A stretch of DNA of 63,920 bases, the filler included, from Octopus bimaculoides (lineage: Eukaryota): NCBI RefSeq assembly GCF_001194135.2. It is 8 parts of 6 records of this genome, joined end to end, with 100 filler letters (N's around TTAATTAATTAA, not from the genome) between each part and the next. Parts side by side here need not be neighbours in the genome. Positions count along the whole stretch, not along the records: positions 1 to 16,948 come from NC_068995.1; 7 more parts are not named here. One strand, 5' to 3'. The notes under the pieces were generated by a model. It searched no databases. It was not told the origin of the DNA and saw only the letters and a list, made by a program, of their open reading frames with translations. Positions 1 to 13,090 of the stretch are shown here, piece after piece (within the stretch, counting starts at the first letter, position 1; every line of letters begins with the position of its first letter). The translations under genes and the position numbers were made by a program.

Positions 1-29
<29 letters not shown>

Positions 30-32
<3 letters not shown>

Positions 33-1110
33 TGACCAGGCTAAATTTGAGAGTTTGCATAAAAGGAAAATATAACCCAATATCATATTAAAAAGAAAAA
101 AACATTTTCGAAGATAAAAAAAGTAATCAAATAGATTATGACTGACACATAATAGTTTTCTCAAAATAGCCGCCATTTCCTGCCACTAAAGCCTGAAGAA
201 GGCTTCGAAATATGGCCCATGCGTTTCTCACTGTGTCCCTGCGAAGATCTTGGAACACGTCCATTATGTTCGCCACTGTTGCAGGCGAAGCGGCTGTCGT
301 CATTTACAACCGAGCCCAACACGATGTAATCGATGGAATTACCAGACATTGCATCTGGTGAAGTCTTAGAAATTCTCCGACAGACACGTTTGACTATTCA
401 CTGAGATATGTATGCCAAATTCTGCTGCTTCACATAGGGGCTTCCGGAAGCAACCCTCTCCAGCCAGTTTGGCCACATTTTTTAGTAGCTTCACATAACC
501 GTCTGAATTAAACCTAAATCTCTTTTCAAGAGTGTGGAGTGGCATGACATCACCCTCATGGGGGAAACTTAGTTTTTATGATATGTCGGCCACTAAAGGA
601 CTTGTAGGCATGCCATCTATTTTTTTTTTGGACTTCTGAAAGTGCTCCTGGCAGAAGATATTTTCATCTGACAAGGAACCGATAATCTCTCGATTGCCAG
701 GATGCCCCATTCTGTTGAAGGACTCTTGTACGATTAGCAGCGAACATTGTCATTCAGGCCCGAAAACATGGTGACGATTTCAACATTAATCTTTCTCACG
801 ATAGCCCAGATTTCCTTGCTCGGGTCTTAATTCATCCCACCCTACTATTGTTTGATCAACTCCAGATTGTCTAAAGCAGCCAGAAAGCCTCCTATGGCCT
901 TTCCTGTTGGTCACGGTTTTGTAGTCTCCGTTACAGCTGCCCATGTTGCAGAGCATTGAGTAGCAGTCATGATGTCGTCACTTTGATACCCGGCGCGAAT
1001 CACCATTATTCAGGTAACTATCTTCTAACATTCAGATAGCTTCCACACCGTCATGTGAGCTGGCTTTTTCTTAAATACAACTTCAATTATTATGCACGCC
1101 AATGCCTTTC
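30..1110 (-). mobile_element. Decayed Tc1/mariner-superfamily (maT/DD37D-like) transposon; near full-length transposase pseudogene at about 161-1054
   Basis: Manual minus-strand translation across stops and frameshifts: MTVWKLSE..IMVIRAG, SDENIFCQ, EGDVMPLHTLEKRFRFNSDGYVKLLK..WLERVASGSPYVKQQ, LSENF*DFT, NSIDYIVLGSV, FRSLLQALVAGNGGYFE. The left end starts CAGTG after a TA run; the right TIR was not recognised. Confidence 0.8.
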
Positions 1111-1123
1111 ACCTATACATACA

Positions 1124-1352
<229 letters not shown>

Positions 1353-1651
1353 TATATGAGGGATGAAAGATGTCATCTGTTCTCTGTTTCCCATCATGTA
1401 CATACGAACATGCATTATAGTAATCACTTGAAAATAATCTGAATAATCGGAATAGCATCCATTATTTTTGGAAAATAATAGTATTCTAATAACACTTATC
1501 ATTTATCTAACTCCACATACCAATCTACATTTAACGTTGCTCCATCAGTTTTCAAATATCTAGCATATTTGTGATAATTAGATAACAAATAGAACATAGA
1601 TATTGTTGGAATAATTTAAAGTTTCAAGAAGCCATGATGGAAAATCGTATG

Positions 1652-1708
<57 letters not shown>

Positions 1709-2487
1709 TAATTAGTTTATTTAGTTTTCAGAATATTACACACAGGAAATCTAAGAATCAATATTGTCGACCAATTAAGTCCATATTGCATCATTGATGC
1801 AATATAATTGATATAAGTTTAAAATACCAAACAAATATTCGCTTATGGGGTAAAGTGAAAATTGTAAATTACAAATGTTATTAGTTGCTAAATATCAATT
1901 TACATTAATAAACATACAGTATAAATCTAGGGACATTTTACGCTCTATTGGAGCTTATTCAATTGATAAAAACCTCACACAGACAATCACACGCAACACC
2001 CTATTATACAAACAGACACCGCGCAAGCCACAAACGGTCACATGGACCCTCCCCCACCACCAAACGTAAATAGATACTGTATGTACATTCCGCATGCATC
2101 AATATCTCCCACACATACTCTCACACACGAAGTCATACACACAATTGCGTTCTTTTGCATTGCACTCTTCCGCCTAAAAAGAAACATCTTTCTCTCACTC
2201 CAACTTTCGGTCAGTTACATTTTTGGTCACGTGCTTTTCTCAGCAGCTCTTTGCTGTCCCTCCTTTTCCACCTCTCTTGACTGTTTTCTCTATCCAACTT
2301 TTCATCTATTTTCTGTGCTCGAAACGTCATTTCCACACCAAGGCTTCCTATGTTTTTTTTTTCAAATTTTACTTGGAATTGCCTAGTATCGCAGGCTCAC
2401 AAAGATTTCCTGCATCCTTGCGACGATGAGTTGGAGTACTTAATTTGTGGATTAGCTTCACACTTCAATTAAAATGTTGTAGACACT

Positions 2488-2518
<31 letters not shown>

Positions 2519-2521
2519 GCA

Positions 2522-2594
<73 letters not shown>

Positions 2595-2605
2595 GTATAT
2601 GTGTG

Positions 2606-2932
2606 AAGGCAAATATCTCATGTGGTTACAACATTGGTCTCACTATCATGAGGTAGTCGGTTCGATTCCAGGAACGGGCCATATGTTGTGCTTTGGAGCA
2701 GGACACTTTTTCTCGTTACTGCATTTCGCTCAGCTGTATTAAAGAGTTGCCACGTCACTGGTGCCAAGCTGTATCGACCTTTGCCTTTCCATTGGATAAC
2801 ATCGGTGTTGGGGAGAGTGGCGGCTGGTGCGCATGGCGACTACTGGTCTATAATAAACAACCTAGCCCAGACATGTCCGTTGGTGGGGAACCTTCTAGGT
2901 GGAAACCCATGGCCATTTATGACTGAACGTTA
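2606..2932 (+). mobile_element. tRNA-derived SINE, family A (other copies 24731-25070 +, 26520-26863 -)
   Basis: A/B-box-like head (GGTTCGATTCC), central TGTG(T)C(C/T)TTG(G)AGCA(A/G)GACAC, shared body GTCACTGGTGCCAAGCTGTATCG..CCTTTGCCTTTCC; three homologous copies in the window. Confidence 0.8.
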
Positions 2933-3049
2933 GATGCCAATTTGATAATTGGGATTTATTACTTATTGCACTTTGATGGATGATTTATTACAGAAAGTTT
3001 TATCTCACGCACTTGTCGATACAAAGCAATACTGCTGCTGCTGTTGCTG

Positions 3050-3106
<57 letters not shown>

Positions 3107-5213
3107 TCCCAATATTCCAGGCCTTGTGCCCTATAACTGGAATAAATATTAACAGTGGCTTACCGGAACGAATGTGATGGTTTAGTAGGATCGTTAGTGA
3201 GACGGACTAAAATATTTCTGAATCCAACCGGTTACTAAAGAAGTAATTAACAATCAAGTATCATATTTGGCATTTTGCTACGTCAGAGATTGAAATACTG
3301 CGCATATCTCATCACAAATTTGTGGCGTTCTCGTTTCAAAAATGAATATCATTATTAGCGTGTTGGATCCTTTGATCGGCGCACAGAATGCCTTAGGGTA
3401 TTTATTCCAGCTCTGTAAGGCCTTCGTTTAAATACTGTCGAGGTTAATTGTTTCATTCCTTCGGCTTGTTGTTATCGGCTCATTCTACCTTATATTTCGG
3501 CTTCATACTTTGTCTAGAAACATTAACCACAGATGTCAGTATTAGTCATTCTATTACACTGTGTAAAAATGTTTTCTGGTCTTTGATCAGTGAGTGTTGT
3601 TTCGTATTCGCTTCTACACAGAAATCAAAAGAAATGACTGTTATTCCCTTCAAATTTGGCAATTGTAATCTGGACATCAATGATTTTCTATTATATTTCA
3701 GATAGATTCAGCGTTGAGTTGCTGAAGAAGAAATATACTTATAACATATTATATCGTTATAATATTAATATAGCATAATAGTTGTAATTGTCGGGATCCT
3801 AATAAATGCCCGTTAGATAAGCAATGCCGGAAGCATTTAGTTCATAAATGCTTAGTTGTTCCAGATAAAACAGTTTTCCATTACATAGGCTCTGTTACCC
3901 TACGATTTTCAAGTTTCAGTACTGTTACTATGTCTCATAATTTAAACACAGGTATACGGAGTACCGACTTCATTGAGGAAGTTCATTTGGGTGCTTAAAA
4001 ACAATAAAAACAAAATATAATATTAAGTGGTTACTACTGAAAAGTGCACTTCCTTACCACGTAGTGAAACACTAAATGTGAAGTTCAACTAGAAGAGTCA
4101 TTTTTAATACTTCCTTCTGTGTTTAAAACCCTGAAGTTTAGGTAGGAACCAACGATAAGATGGAAAATTTTTTACAGCAAAACCAATAAATCATTCCCAT
4201 GATAATTAATCATGTGAATAAATAGATATGGTAACACTCTCTCACCTCCCAACAACTTAGAAATAATAAACATTTAAATCAAATGGTAACTGTCTTAATT
4301 ACTAGAATTATAGAAGGTTTACTTTCCTTGTCCCTTCTGTTGAGTTGATGATAGCAAGATATCGTTTTTATTTCATATACCAATTCCCTTACTTTTCTAT
4401 TTTTTATTTTCAGTGTTATTTTTATTTTTGCTTTGTGTTTATGTTTGTCCCTTAGCACTTGTGTACTTTGCTCAACTATCTTATTTAAGAATCATATCTT
4501 AGCATTACCGTTGCAGCTGAACCAATGATACCTAATCCCATTGTCTAAGATTTAACGTTAATTTACCTGTTATAATTTATTTATTTATTATCCCAAATTA
4601 CTAGTTCTGAATATTTCTGCTAACCGTTTTGTACTATGTGAATTCCTGGGTATTAATTACATAAATATCAATACTTCAGTCTTAATATAAGTAGTAGTAT
4701 CTAAGCTGTCTTTCGCTTTGTATATTTGCAAACACTTCCCACAAACATAGTTTCAAGAATATAGTAGAAAGAACAAGAAGACTGCCACTGACTTCACAAA
4801 GTTTCCAAAAATACAGTAGTAAACTCTGGTAGCCAACAAAAATTTCCCGAGTATCAAATGTATGGATGTCAATAATATTCAACTGTGGCAATACAAGTCA
4901 ATGGGTGAAGATTAATGGTTAGGTGCAAGCAACCAAAGTCCTCTATGAATGCCAGACTTACCAAATTCCATCCTTTTTTTTCTTCTCTATTTTTCCTTTG
5001 GTAGTTGTAATGTTTGGGTTCTCATGAAGATACGATCGTGCGAGTAGTTTCCTATATTCTCAGTCGATCAATTGATCGATTGATAAGACTGAACCATGGA
5101 CGCAACCAAATACATATCTGAAATAGCTGTTAATGAATAAATGATTAAATAAATGTATATAAGGCATTATCTCCGTCTACTATTTATGTAGGTCCACGGG
5201 TACTTACTTGCAT

Positions 5214-5249
<36 letters not shown>

Positions 5250-5339
5250 ACATATATATATATATATTTTTATATGCACAACCAATTACTAAGTTATTAA
5301 AACTGGACTAAATTTTGAACAAAACTTTTAACTGAGCTT

Positions 5340-5705
5340 TGACTTTTACATTGTCACAACAAATAAAACCGAAAATAGCAATGACTACGAGCAAGTCTTA
5401 TACCTACATACTGGTCCTTTTTCTGAACCACTATAAATCAATCTCATCATTAGAAGAGTGCTCACCTAAATAGAAACCCTTAATTACAAATTTCAATATA
5501 TATGAATGAATTATAAACAATAATGTAACCACAAATTTAATTTAAAATGTCTCCAAAAGCCCTCACCACCGCAACACGCACTAATACTTTACCACTTAAC
5601 CCAAGAGAAATGTTTAACTCAATACTTACTATATAGAGCCAACATTAACTCTAATGTTTCACAGTCCGACTAAGTTGTAGCTGGTCGAAACATCGAAGTC
5701 ATTGT
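5340..5705 (+). mobile_element. Decayed Penelope-like element fragment (RT C-terminus/start of GIY-YIG region) ending in a damaged hammerhead motif
   Basis: Fragments GPFSEPL*INL, LNRN..ISIYMNEL and EKCLTQYLLYRANI resemble the Penelope NPPFS / FNRN..ISYSCM / C-L..IY.A.I blocks. Followed by ACAGT-CCGACTA..CTGGTC-GAAA-CATCGAAG-TC-ATTGT. Confidence 0.5.
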
Positions 5706-6399
5706 CAATAATATCCTTGTTTAAGTATAGTAAATTTGCACGCACAGAACTGTAGAGAAGCGTATCAGATTAATGTAAAATTGTTGTACTAATGACAGAA
5801 TATAACAAACATGAATATATATGTATGTATATATATATATATATNNNNNNNNNNNNNNNNNNNNNNNNNNNNNNNNNNNNNNNNNNNNNNNNNNNNNNNN
5901 NNNNNNNNNNNNNNNNNNNNNNNNNNNNNNNNNNNNNNNNNNNNNNNNNNNNNNNNNNNNNNNNNNNNNNNNNNNNNNNNNNNNNNNNNNNNNNNNNNNN
6001 NNNNNNNNNNNNNNNNNNNNNNNNNNNNNNNNNNNNNNNNNNNNNNNNNNNNNNNNNNNNNNNNNNNNNNNNNNNNNNNNNATATATATATGTATGTATG
6101 TATGTATATAACGGTTTCAGAGAATTCCAATTATATAATTGGAATGTCCATATGAAAAAATGGTTATGTCTCTCAGCCAAATATAATAGATTTTGCTTTA
6201 CTATTAAATATAAGCCTATTGATAATAAAAGGAAGAATATTTTTGCCGTATGAAATGATAAACACGGTATGGTAATGATGTGAATGTAAATATATCATCA
6301 ACATCATCAACATCATCAACATCATCAACACGTTTCTCCTGTTCATTATAGTTACAAAGATTTACAATCAAATTATGATAATAATACTAAGAATAATCG

Positions 6400-6605
6400 T
6401 TTGCACTATGAGCACAAGACCTGAATCATTGATGTAAAGAACTTGTCGTTTATGTCAACACCACTGCGAAACTGGTACTTAATTTTTAGAACCCTTGAAG
6501 TAAGGCAAATTCTGCCTCAGCGGAATTTGAACATAGGATGTAAAAATCGGACGAAATGCTGCTAAACAATTTGTCTAGCGAGGTAACGATTCTGCCCGCT
6601 CACTG
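6400..6605 (+). mobile_element. SINE family C (copies 26085-26300, 26315-26520, 31845-32000, 32020-32222)
   Basis: Shared core ACTGGTACTT-ATTTTATCGACCC-GAAAGGATGAAAGGCAAAGT..AATTTGAACTCAGAA; tends to occur as tandem pairs. Confidence 0.75.
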
Positions 6606-6869
6606 CTTGATTTACAATGATTTCAAATTATGGCACAAGACCAGTAATTTCAGGGGTGCGGTTACGTTGATTACATAAACCGCAGTATAAGAGCGCGCAT
6701 GTTTGTCTCACAACCATCGCTTGACAACCGATGCTGGTGCGTTTATGTTTCCGTTACTTAGCGGTTCGGGAAAGCAACCGATGAAATAAGTATTAGTGCT
6801 ACAAAGAATAAATCATGGGATTGATTTTTCCGACTAAAACCGTTCAATGTGGTCGCAGTAAAATGACTG

Positions 6870-7150
6870 AAATAAGTAAAAGAAAAGAAATAATAACTGA
6901 TTGGATGTGTTACCATGTGCATGTTTTGTATTGATCAATGGCACAGATTTTTGCTTGTTAGCAGTCTGACCTAAGCCAGTTGTGTATGTCCTTTGGTAGC
7001 TGACGATATGTGCATCTCTGATCACGAGCAGAAGTATTGAGGAAGCGTCATAACCATGAGTTGAGAGGAATTCTTTGGGGTTTGAATAATTCACCTCTGG
7101 AAATAAGGGTATTTCGGTCATCATCCTTAAACCTTATTAAGGAACATTTT
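6870..7150. repeat. Unclassified dispersed repeat (copies 53270-53640, 54440-54625)
   Basis: Shared AACCAGTTG..ATG..CTT.GT.GCTGA..ATATGTGCA.CTCTGATCACGA..GAATTCTTTG.GGTTTGAATAATTCAC. Confidence 0.7.
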
Positions 7151-7299
7151 CAGCGGGATGGACTAATCGATCTGAAGAAAATTGTAACTGAGCCCCACCT
7201 GTAAAGTCATGCACTGTTTATCTTGATCTGAGATAATCATGTCACGTACATATGGTTGTGATATATGTGCCTAGTGTAACCGTATCAGACGATAGTCAT

Positions 7300-8405
7300 G
7301 ATTAGGATATTGTACTTCAATATGCACCAAGAAAAAGAAGGGAAAGAGGACTTATTGCATGCGAACACAGCATTAGAGAATAAAAAAACAACATAGCATG
7401 GTATGTAAAAAAATGCTACAGAACCGCTAGTATTACAAGTAAGAAGGTCAGGCTTGTGTAGGATGAACGATTGCAAAGATAAAGCACTATACAAGAAATT
7501 GAAAACGAATATGACTGAAAGTAGGTGGGCAAAGAAAAGAATGCCTGGTCAATTTCATAGAGATGTTGAAGAAAAGACAGACGGCTGTGGATGACTAAAA
7601 GTGATTTAAAACCGGAAACGGAGGCTGTAATTTGTGCTGCCCAAGAGCAAGCACTAAGAACAAACTACATAAAATACAGAATAGACAACACAGTAGAAAG
7701 TGATAAGTGCAGAATCTGTGAAAAAAAAACGGTGAAACCGTATGGCATATTACTAGCCAATGTACGCCACTAGCTCAGAAGGAATATAAGAGACGCCACG
7801 ACAATATAGCCAGGCTTGTCCATTGGACAATTTGTAACAAGTATGGGACTTGACAGAGAAAAAATTGGTACAACTACAAACCTGAAGGCATCATCGAAAA
7901 TAGAAATGCAAAGATCCTATGGGATTTTATGAGTCAGTGTAACCATAAGAGAGAGAATAGGAAGCCAGACATAATCTTAATTGAGAAAGAAAACAAACTA
8001 TGCTGGATCATAGATATAGCGTGCCCAGCTGACAACAAGGTATGCGATAAGGAAGAAAGAAATGTTTAGAGATATGACAGGTTAGCTTGGGAAGTTAAGC
8101 AGTTTTTGTCGATGAAAAAGGTAGCAGTAGTAACAATAATTGCTGGAGCTCTGGGAGCAGTGAGCAAAAATCTCGAGAAGTACGTGGAACAAATAGGGGC
8201 TACAATAAGGGTGAAACACTTGCAGAAAACAGTACTGCTTGGAACCGCTCGAATACTCTGGAAGATGCTCGAAAAATAAGAGGTGTTACCTTAGTTCACT
8301 GGTTGTGGAGAGCTGACACCGTAGTACATCTCCATCGTTAGAAGCTGTGCAAAGTCAATAATAAAAATAATGATCATGATGATGATGATTATGATGATGA
8401 TAATA
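7300..8405 (+). mobile_element. 5'-truncated R4/Dong-clade non-LTR retrotransposon (RLE domain), decayed
   Basis: YAPRK..GRGLIACE; KSDLKPETEAVICAAQEQALRTNYIKYRID..CRIC; RRHDNIARLVHW; ILWDF..RKPDIILIEK..IIDIACPAD; QKTVLLGTARILWKMLEK* (stop 8277-8279); (GAT/AAT)n tail. Confidence 0.9.
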
Positions 8406-8819
8406 AATTTTCTTATGTCTTGAGAGATACTCTCTAGAACGAAAAATATGTTACCCTGGTCATAATACTACCTGGAACTTTCTTAATTTATATTGATAGT
8501 TGTGTTGATGTTTTGTAAAGATGCACTCCACAACAAAGGCAAGATTCAGTATGAGTAAAGGCGCACCTTCTCCTCCTTAATAGCTTGAAATACAAGATCG
8601 TGATGACATTGTGAAAAGATCAAATCTGTGCGCGCATTAAAACAACGGCAAAGACGTTCACAGCTACGTCATTTGATAAATGTTTCCTACTATCTATGTA
8701 AACCGTAACACTTAAGAACACACTTTACCTCGTTTCTCTTATTTAAACTAATTTAAGTTGTACATGTGGTTACTCACAAGTAAATCAATTTATCTGTTTT
8801 TTTTTTTTTACTTAAGAGT

Positions 8820-9380
8820 CAGTAAACAGAAACAGAAGCTCGTATGACTGCATGTAGAACAGCCAGTAGAAGTTCAAGGCAAACTGAGCCAGCAGCGGAG
8901 CGAAAAGCTCGCCTAATTGCACAAACAGTAACCAAGAAAAGAGAAAGTTAAACAGAGACGAAAGCAGAGGCAAGAGCTCGCCTGGCAGCAGATAGAACAG
9001 CCCATAGAAAGGCAAGGCTGTCAGAGACAGCAGTGGATATAGAAGCTCGCCGCACTGCACATGGACTATACCAAACAAGACCAACGAAAAGAGGTGGCAG
9101 TGGAGAGATAAGCTCGCCTAACTGCACTGAGAGTATGCCAAGAAAGAGCAAGGCAGGCAGAGACGACAACACAAAGAGAAGATCGCTTAGCTGCAGACAG
9201 AGAGTCACACTGTCTAACGAGAGAAATTGAGCACTCATCCGAAAGAAGGCTAAGAGAGAGACTCGAAAGGACAGCGCGAGCCTCATCCAGTGCAGATAAC
9301 ATTTTCCTAAAAACAAGATTCTATGTAAGACGGTTTGGTAGTCTCTGTGAATGCCAAAATTTGTTTTAAATGCTAAATAC
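8820..9380 (+). mobile_element. Decayed array of 69-bp (23-aa) STPR-like repeats, probably the N-terminal region of a Helitron RepHel
   Basis: GCTCG(C/T) recurs at 8838, 8907, 8976, 9045, 9112 and (GATCGC) 9181. Translation ET..ERKARLIA / ETKAEARARLAADRTAHRKAR / ETTTQREDRLAADRE, then KICFKC-like residues. Confidence 0.65.
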
Positions 9381-9645
9381 ATTGTATTGTTGTTATTGGA
9401 TTAGCGAAACAATTATTGGTGGATCGAGGTTTCGAAGGAGTGCTCCAATCATGAGGTGCAAGTTGTGCTCCTTAGTGGGCTGAACATGCAGAGGTTCGTG
9501 AGTTCGAAGCTAGTTTGAACCTGAATCGATATATTGTATGTATACATGTATGTGTCTAATTGTTGAACATTGGTCACCAAATTCTTTTCATACTGGGCGC
9601 TTTATTGGTATCAACCAGGATTTTAAATTCTTTTCATTCACACAC

Positions 9646-9686
<41 letters not shown>

Positions 9687-9873
9687 GATAATTATTAAAG
9701 TGTGCAGTACAATAGAGTTGCTATCCAATAAAAGAAAGCACCATACGGTTACAGCATGAATATAAACTAGTGGTAAAACAATGCTTTACTATAGCGTCGT
9801 ATATTATCGACTGTTATTTCCAGTAAATATTGGTGCCTTGTAGTACCACTATTCTCTTTTTGTATCTCCCTCT

Positions 9874-9943
<70 letters not shown>

Positions 9944-10929
9944 AGTGTGTGTGTGTGTGTGTGTGTGAGTGTGTGTGTGTGAGTGTGTGTGTGTGTGTTA
10001 TGTATGTATGTATGTATGTATATATGTATGCATGTATGTATATGTGTATGTATGTATATGCATGTACGAAAGAATGTATGCATTTTAATTCCGCTTTGCT
10101 ACAGTGGTGCCAACAGCCATTTGTTAGAACTGATGCTTCTTGCTTCTTGTAATTAAGAGAACCAGTAGTCTTCATGAAAAAGTACGTGTAAGCTAGACTG
10201 TCAGTACATACCCTTGTACTAGTTAATATATGAATGTTAAGAGAACTGTAGCTAAATAGTCACGATCCATAACATCCAACCGTCACAGAAAACAACACAC
10301 AATCACGAGCTCTCAACGTGTGATTAATATAATACATGTGTTGTGTGGAAGTAGAACACTCCTATTAGTTGTTTCCTAATAGACTGTGGCACAGTATAAA
10401 TGTACATGCACAGGAAGTATAATGGGGTCATTCGACCCTATGTAAAGCCCAAAGTTGCGTATTGTCGAGGTTTATTACCAGTATCTTGAGTGCAACGATT
10501 ATATTGAACCTCGAACGTGCTATATAACAACATGCTAATAAAAAAAATTGATTATATATATATTATAATACAAAATTTTTTTTAGAACACCAATAATTTA
10601 TCGGAAAGGCATAAAAGAAAACAATATATTAATTATTTTCCTAATTCAATAAAATGTATATTATATAATGTATAATGTAATATATTATTCAACATTATGA
10701 AATAATATAAATCAACGCATGGTTTTCTTTTTACTTTTCTTGACTCCGCCGCGTGTGTTGAACATCCTCTTTGCGAATTCTTGAATTTACAATTGTTCGA
10801 AATCTGTGAATTATTACATTCCATATACGTGTGGGAATGAATGTGTTATGGTTCATAATTCAATACACACACATACACACACACGTCACGATAAAGAACA
10901 CTGAAAGCAGCTTGAGATATTTGATAGAA

Positions 10930-11410
10930 AATATTTTTGTCGTAAGCAACAAGTGTTATAGTTTTACACTGGTTCACACTAAGTTACTAAGCCAACGTTT
11001 TTGGCATTTCATCTCTGGCAGTTTAAGTCGTTTGGCAAAGAAGGGAAGCGGTTGCCAGGTTCCCTTTTTTTGAAGAACGTCATTAACACCAACATCTAAT
11101 GCATAAACTAACAGAGTTGTGCATCAGGCTTCGGATGAACGAGCATCGTAGCGTCAGCTAAGGCCTTCTTTAACCTCTTGAAAAGCCGCAAACATTGTAT
11201 CACTGTTGTGTAATGTCGGAGAACATTTGTAAGGAGTTGTATAGGTTCTGTACAACGAGGAATGAACCAGCAATCAAAAATAATCAGGCCGATAAACTAC
11301 TTTCGCTTTATCAACGAAGTAGGATTTCGGGAAATCTAAAATTGATATAACCCTATCGTCAAGAGGGCGAATTTTTCTCACCAGTACGGTTTCCCAGAGA
11401 AATCTCAAGA
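10930..11410 (-). mobile_element. Gypsy/Ty3 LTR-retrotransposon pol fragment (RT end plus RNase H), decayed
   Basis: FLWETVLVRKIRPLDDRVISILDFPK; FIGLI..WFIPRCTEPIQLLT; LKKALADATMLVHPKPDAQL; LDVGVNDVLQKKGTWQPLPFFAKRL. Confidence 0.8.
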
Positions 11411-12859
11411 AGAGCTGGAAAGGGGGGAAATATATTGAAGAAAAGTAAAGGTGGAGAGTACGAGAGGGAAACTAGTTGAGAAGAGAAAAATGTCAAAAGA
11501 CCAGGCCGAAGGCTATTCAATGGTGATTCGATTTGAGAAAGAAGACTGAGAGGAGATCGTTTGTGCACGTATTGCCATGGAACATTACTTTTAGACTGCC
11601 ATATATGAAGGATTGCTGTGCGTTTGTGTTTTTGTAGAATCGTGCAAGTATGGAGGGAGACTGACGTGGTTTCTTGGGTGTGTGGTTGGTATGTGGCACA
11701 ATCATTAAGTAGGCGTTAATAAACTGTGGAAGTAAGGGGGGGGGAGCTAATGCGAGTGTGAAGTAAAAGGAAACGTAAGAGGAGAGTGGTTGACGGTAAT
11801 TGAAATGTATGCTTGGTCATGTGTGGTCGATGCCGTAATATAGAAAAAAGTTAAGAAGAAGAACGGTGCAAGAGGGTACAATACAACACTAATGTAAAAT
11901 ACTAGCTTTGTGATGGGAGAAAATTAGTGATCACGTGGAGGGACAGAAGCAATGCGATATTGGTGAACATAAACCATATAAATGGAATGGACTGTTTTTT
12001 TTCTTTTTTCCATGTCATGGTAGGTAATTACTGTAAATTTTGTTTGTATATATTTTATTCGGTATTCTTTGAAGGTCTTCAGATTAGATTTTTTTCTAAC
12101 TCATAAACTGAAATATTTTGAGAGCCTGCTGGAGTTATATATGATTTCATGGATATTCTGTCACTGTGGTGTAGCTCTATTTTTTTTCTTTTGTTTAATT
12201 TCCTTCGTATCTTGTAATCATTTTCCATTTTTTCATATAGGTGATATATGGAACCGGAAATATTTTCTTGTTTGTATATGAATATGAATCCCTTAGTATA
12301 TGAATCCCTTAGCAAAACCTAACTCTTAATTGTAGGAATTCTCAGGGAGAAAATACGTTTATGCCATGGAACATCTTACGATTATTGTAGTGTTGTATTG
12401 TGTATGCTTTTTAAATACTTTTCGAAATCATATTTGCAAGAGTATCTAAGTAACTGTACTTCTTCATGACCTTCGAAAATTACAGCTCTTACAGAAAGCC
12501 AAAAGTGATACCTTTCTCTATAAATATGAACGTTAAACCGATTACTATCACTCCTCACCACCAGTAGTCAGGAAGAAAAAGTAAGTAAATTTGTTCGTAC
12601 TTCAGTCTCCTGTAATTATTGTCTCTGGCGAAGCTTCAATAACATGCGCATATAATTTAAATGGCCGGATCAACTGTTATTTATGACTCAATTTGTTTCA
12701 TAGTTGAACAAAGTGAGTCGAAAGCTCGACTCGTACGTAGACATATCGAGAATTTTTCCGTGGTAGAAATAACAATAAAACATTTATCAAATGAAAACCT
12801 ACTACCATAGACGGCGTCAATGAAATGTCTTTTTTGATATCGTATATCCATTCCAACGA

Positions 12860-13090
12860 TTATATAATTAAAACTTGGCCGCCACTTTGGTCACAGACCT
12901 ACACAATCAAGAACAGCTTGAGGTTAGATAAGAGAAACAATACTCTATAAAACTTCGAAGGGTCCTTGACAGAAATATATATTTGCAGCCACTTGAAAAG
13001 ACATTGCACAATAAACTTACTTATAGTCCAAGGCATTTAAGAGGAGCAGCATAGAATTATTTACATACCGAATAGTGAAGCTGTTAACAC
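12860..13090 (+). mobile_element. Possible CR1/L2-type LINE 3' remnant
   Basis: Weak: NYFTYRIVKL resembles the CR1 terminal FF..RVV..WN.L block; heavily decayed. Confidence 0.3.

Noticed and set aside
186-215. CTGAAGA-AGGCTTC-GAAA resembling a hammerhead core
   Set aside because: It lies within the minus-strand maT transposase coding sequence and has no valid stem I, II or III.
3520-4971. Possible minus-strand mini-gene: ATG GAA TTT G|gtaagt (4962) spliced to tag|AA GCG (3613), giving a 33-aa peptide
   Set aside because: Phases fit but the product is short and featureless, and could arise by chance; no supporting motif.
12688-12735. GACTCA..TGAGTC-GAAA-GCTCGAC hairpins, a possible hammerhead relic
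   Set aside because: No recognisable CTGANGA and no stem I pairing.
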